DNA of 63,502 bases, filler included, from Sphacelaria rigidula (taxonomy: Eukaryota), in NCBI GenBank assembly GCA_964200075.2. It is 8 parts of 8 records of this genome, joined end to end, with 100 filler letters (N's around TTAATTAATTAA, not from the genome) between each part and the next. Parts side by side here need not be neighbours in the genome. Positions count along the whole stretch, not along the records: positions 55,653 to 63,502 come from CAXNAA020013238.1; 7 more parts are not named here. One strand, 5' to 3'. Below are positions 61,144 to 63,502 of the stretch, piece by piece. Within the stretch, counting starts at the first letter, position 1, and each line of letters starts with the position of its first letter. The notes under the pieces are model-generated. The model was not told the origin of the DNA, did not search any database, and worked only from the letters and a program-made list of their open reading frames with translations. The translations under genes and the position numbers were made by a program.

Positions 61144-62651
61144 CAAAGACACAGTGGATGAAGTTGATCGTGTGTAGGCTGTGCGTTTTTTTTATTGCAT
61201 CTATTTCCATGGCTGTGATGAGCAGGCATATCGGCTTCGCCGTTGGCTATGGCGAAATAGTAGGCTGATCTGCCGATGTTTTCCTGTAGGTAATGAAGAC
61301 AACTGCGGTGGATGACACGCATGGGCTGTTGCGCTGTATTGAGATGTAATCTAGCTACTCATGTAGCATGTGCGTTGGGCAGCAAATATCCTGTCGCGGC
61401 AACCATTAGACGATACCGCACAAGGGTCGCGTGTGAAAATGCGACTTGCTGAAGAGTACGTCATCAGCTCACCAAGTCCTTCAACGGGAGTTCCCGTTTT
61501 TGTTTTACAGTGCTTGGTCGCATTGCAAGAGATAAACGGCCGTGGCACGGGTTCCTGATCGCATGCCTGTTGCTGACCGGTGCTGCGGCAATACTGCTGC
61601 ACTGCCGAAGAGTGCACGATGTGCTGTTTTGTTCTGCCGCCTGGCCCTGCCTCTGCCCTCACCCGTTCCGTTTCGGTACTGGCCCATAATCGGTATGTTC
61701 TACATGTGGGTGCCGCTGTAACAAGTCTATCACCGAGATAATACACAGTTGGTCACGGGCGCCCCGGCGCCCGAGCCATCTGAAGCTCAAATCTGAAGGC
61801 CATGTTTGAATCGATAACATGAGATAAATGTCGTACTCCACTTGATGCGATGCACAGGCGGAGGGTACTACCTAGACCAGCCCATGTCATACCCTCTACC
61901 GCGTGGTGGCTGTGCTCGTATCGGGCCCCACACGGGCTGTTCGAGTTTTTTTTTCTTGTTTTTTCCTTGACTGTATCACAATCAGCATGCGAATTAAGCA
62001 CCATAATTATTCCACATACGCCTGATGCTCTGTACCGGAACAGAAGTTCCCAATTTCTCCCCGAACAGATACCGCCGCTATCAACCCGATCGCCACCCCA
62101 CCACTAATGGCCGGTTCGCTTTCTTTTTTATATATGTAGAATAATTCATATCGGTCAACAAATACAAACATGGAACGTCGAACGATGATGAGAATGGGCA
62201 CAAGCTGGGCCGGCCAAGCAACACATTACTTCGTCAGATTGGTCAGACTTTTTGAACGCACTGGAGTCAGGGCAAGCTGAGCATATCACTATAGTTGCCT
62301 AGGCGACGCGACCACGCGGAACGGCCCAGCTTGGGAATCCGCGACGTTGGGGCCGTGGAAATCCTGTCTCCTTGCTGGCATTATTCTAGCATAAGGTTTT
62401 TGTACGGACTTTCTAAAACATTTCCCCCCTAAAGTATTCCAGAATTTGTTCTGCCCCACTCTTTTGCCGTGAAACTTTCTAGGCGAGAAGCAAAGCGGTG
62501 AAGAAGGTCTATTTGTCATACATCGACGTACAGAAATTAAAGTCGAAATCTTGAAGCTCTGTGTGTTGTGTAACTTTGTTTGCAGAGCGATCGTGGTGCG
62601 AATATCGCAAATGTGGCCACGCTGGGCTCAATTTTTCGAGTTGGGACGAGG

Positions 62652-62879
62652 AAATTCCGACACGCGTTTTGAAGTACATTCGCCAACAAATTCACACGAA
62701 CCCCCCCCCTCCCCCCCACACACATTTTTTCATATTTTTCGCCGAGATTCTAGCGACCAGAAGTTCTCAATGGATGGAAAAATGAAGGTCGGCCGATAAA
62801 TGGGCAGTAAAAAATGACAGCAGGGGGGTTGTCCTGCAAATTTGTTGGAGAGTTATCTGCGAATCACGTGTCGAATTTC
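62652..62879. repeat. Imperfect inverted repeat (MITE-like remnant), followed by cacagggat motif repeats at ~63030-63110
   Basis: gaaattccgacacg...cgccaacaaatt pairs with aatttgttggag...cgtgtcgaatttc. Confidence 0.45.
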
Positions 62880-63502
62880 AGGCCCCAACTTTGAGGTCAG
62901 CCTGGCGATATTGGCGAATCACGGGTTTATACGTGAGCAAAGGTCTTCCCAGCGGGAGACCTGCGAAGGCCCTGCGCAAGAACCTATGTATATGTCCCTG
63001 TGAAAACGCTGACCGTAACAGGGGCTATCTCACAGGGATACACCTGTGAAGTAGGTACCTGCACAGGGATGACCATGCCACAGGGATGAGGGATGACTTT
63101 TCACAGGGATGTTCCTCTAACATTCCTGCGCAGGGCAGTCACGGGTATGTTACAAGACACCTAGCCATGCAGCCGGATGATGTGGGAGTTCACAGGAACG
63201 CAACTGAGCTCAGTGTAGCAGTGAGCGCCTGATAACATGGGTGCATATACTATGTCTAAGTCGAGCAGCCAGCCAAGTTTCGCGGAAACCCCGTTGTACA
63301 GGCACACGCCTGCTGGGGATACTCAAGTATGTATGGTCGCACACATGATGAAGATATGTATCGATTGATCACATATTTTCGACAGATATATTCCAGTTCC
63401 AATTTCCAAATTGGTTGCTGTCTCAGGCTATTCCAGATTTAACAGCCGATCCAAATTTTTGGGGTTGAAACATAAAATGAGGTTGAAGTCCCATTCCTCC
63501 AT

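Overview
Eukaryotic, intron-rich and repeat-rich DNA. The splice signals, gene content and retroelement types fit a stramenopile, most likely a brown alga (inference). The window is not one locus. It is eight unrelated contigs of 7850-7851 bp joined by artificial 100-bp N44-TTAATTAATTAA-N44 spacers, so adjacency across spacers means nothing biologically. Four spliced host-gene fragments could be rebuilt with matching intron phases: eIF2D/ligatin (contig 1), a DUF2306-type membrane protein with one GC-AG intron (contig 3), an EGF-repeat protein (contig 6) and a bacterial-type PepD/M20 Xaa-His dipeptidase (contig 8). The window also holds an intronic tRNA-Ala(UGC), two decayed Ty3/gypsy elements, a near full-length frameshifted RTE-type LINE, LINE fragments, MITEs and microsatellites. 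The most interesting signals are (i) a PAM2-like PABP-binding motif at the extreme N-terminus of the RTE ORF, (ii) a 69-bp G:U-rich miRNA-like fold-back inside an array of co-varying palindromes, (iii) a TAA-TSD MITE carrying telomeric repeats, and (iv) two long unidentified intronless reading frames. All family assignments come from motif recognition by eye; no database search was run.
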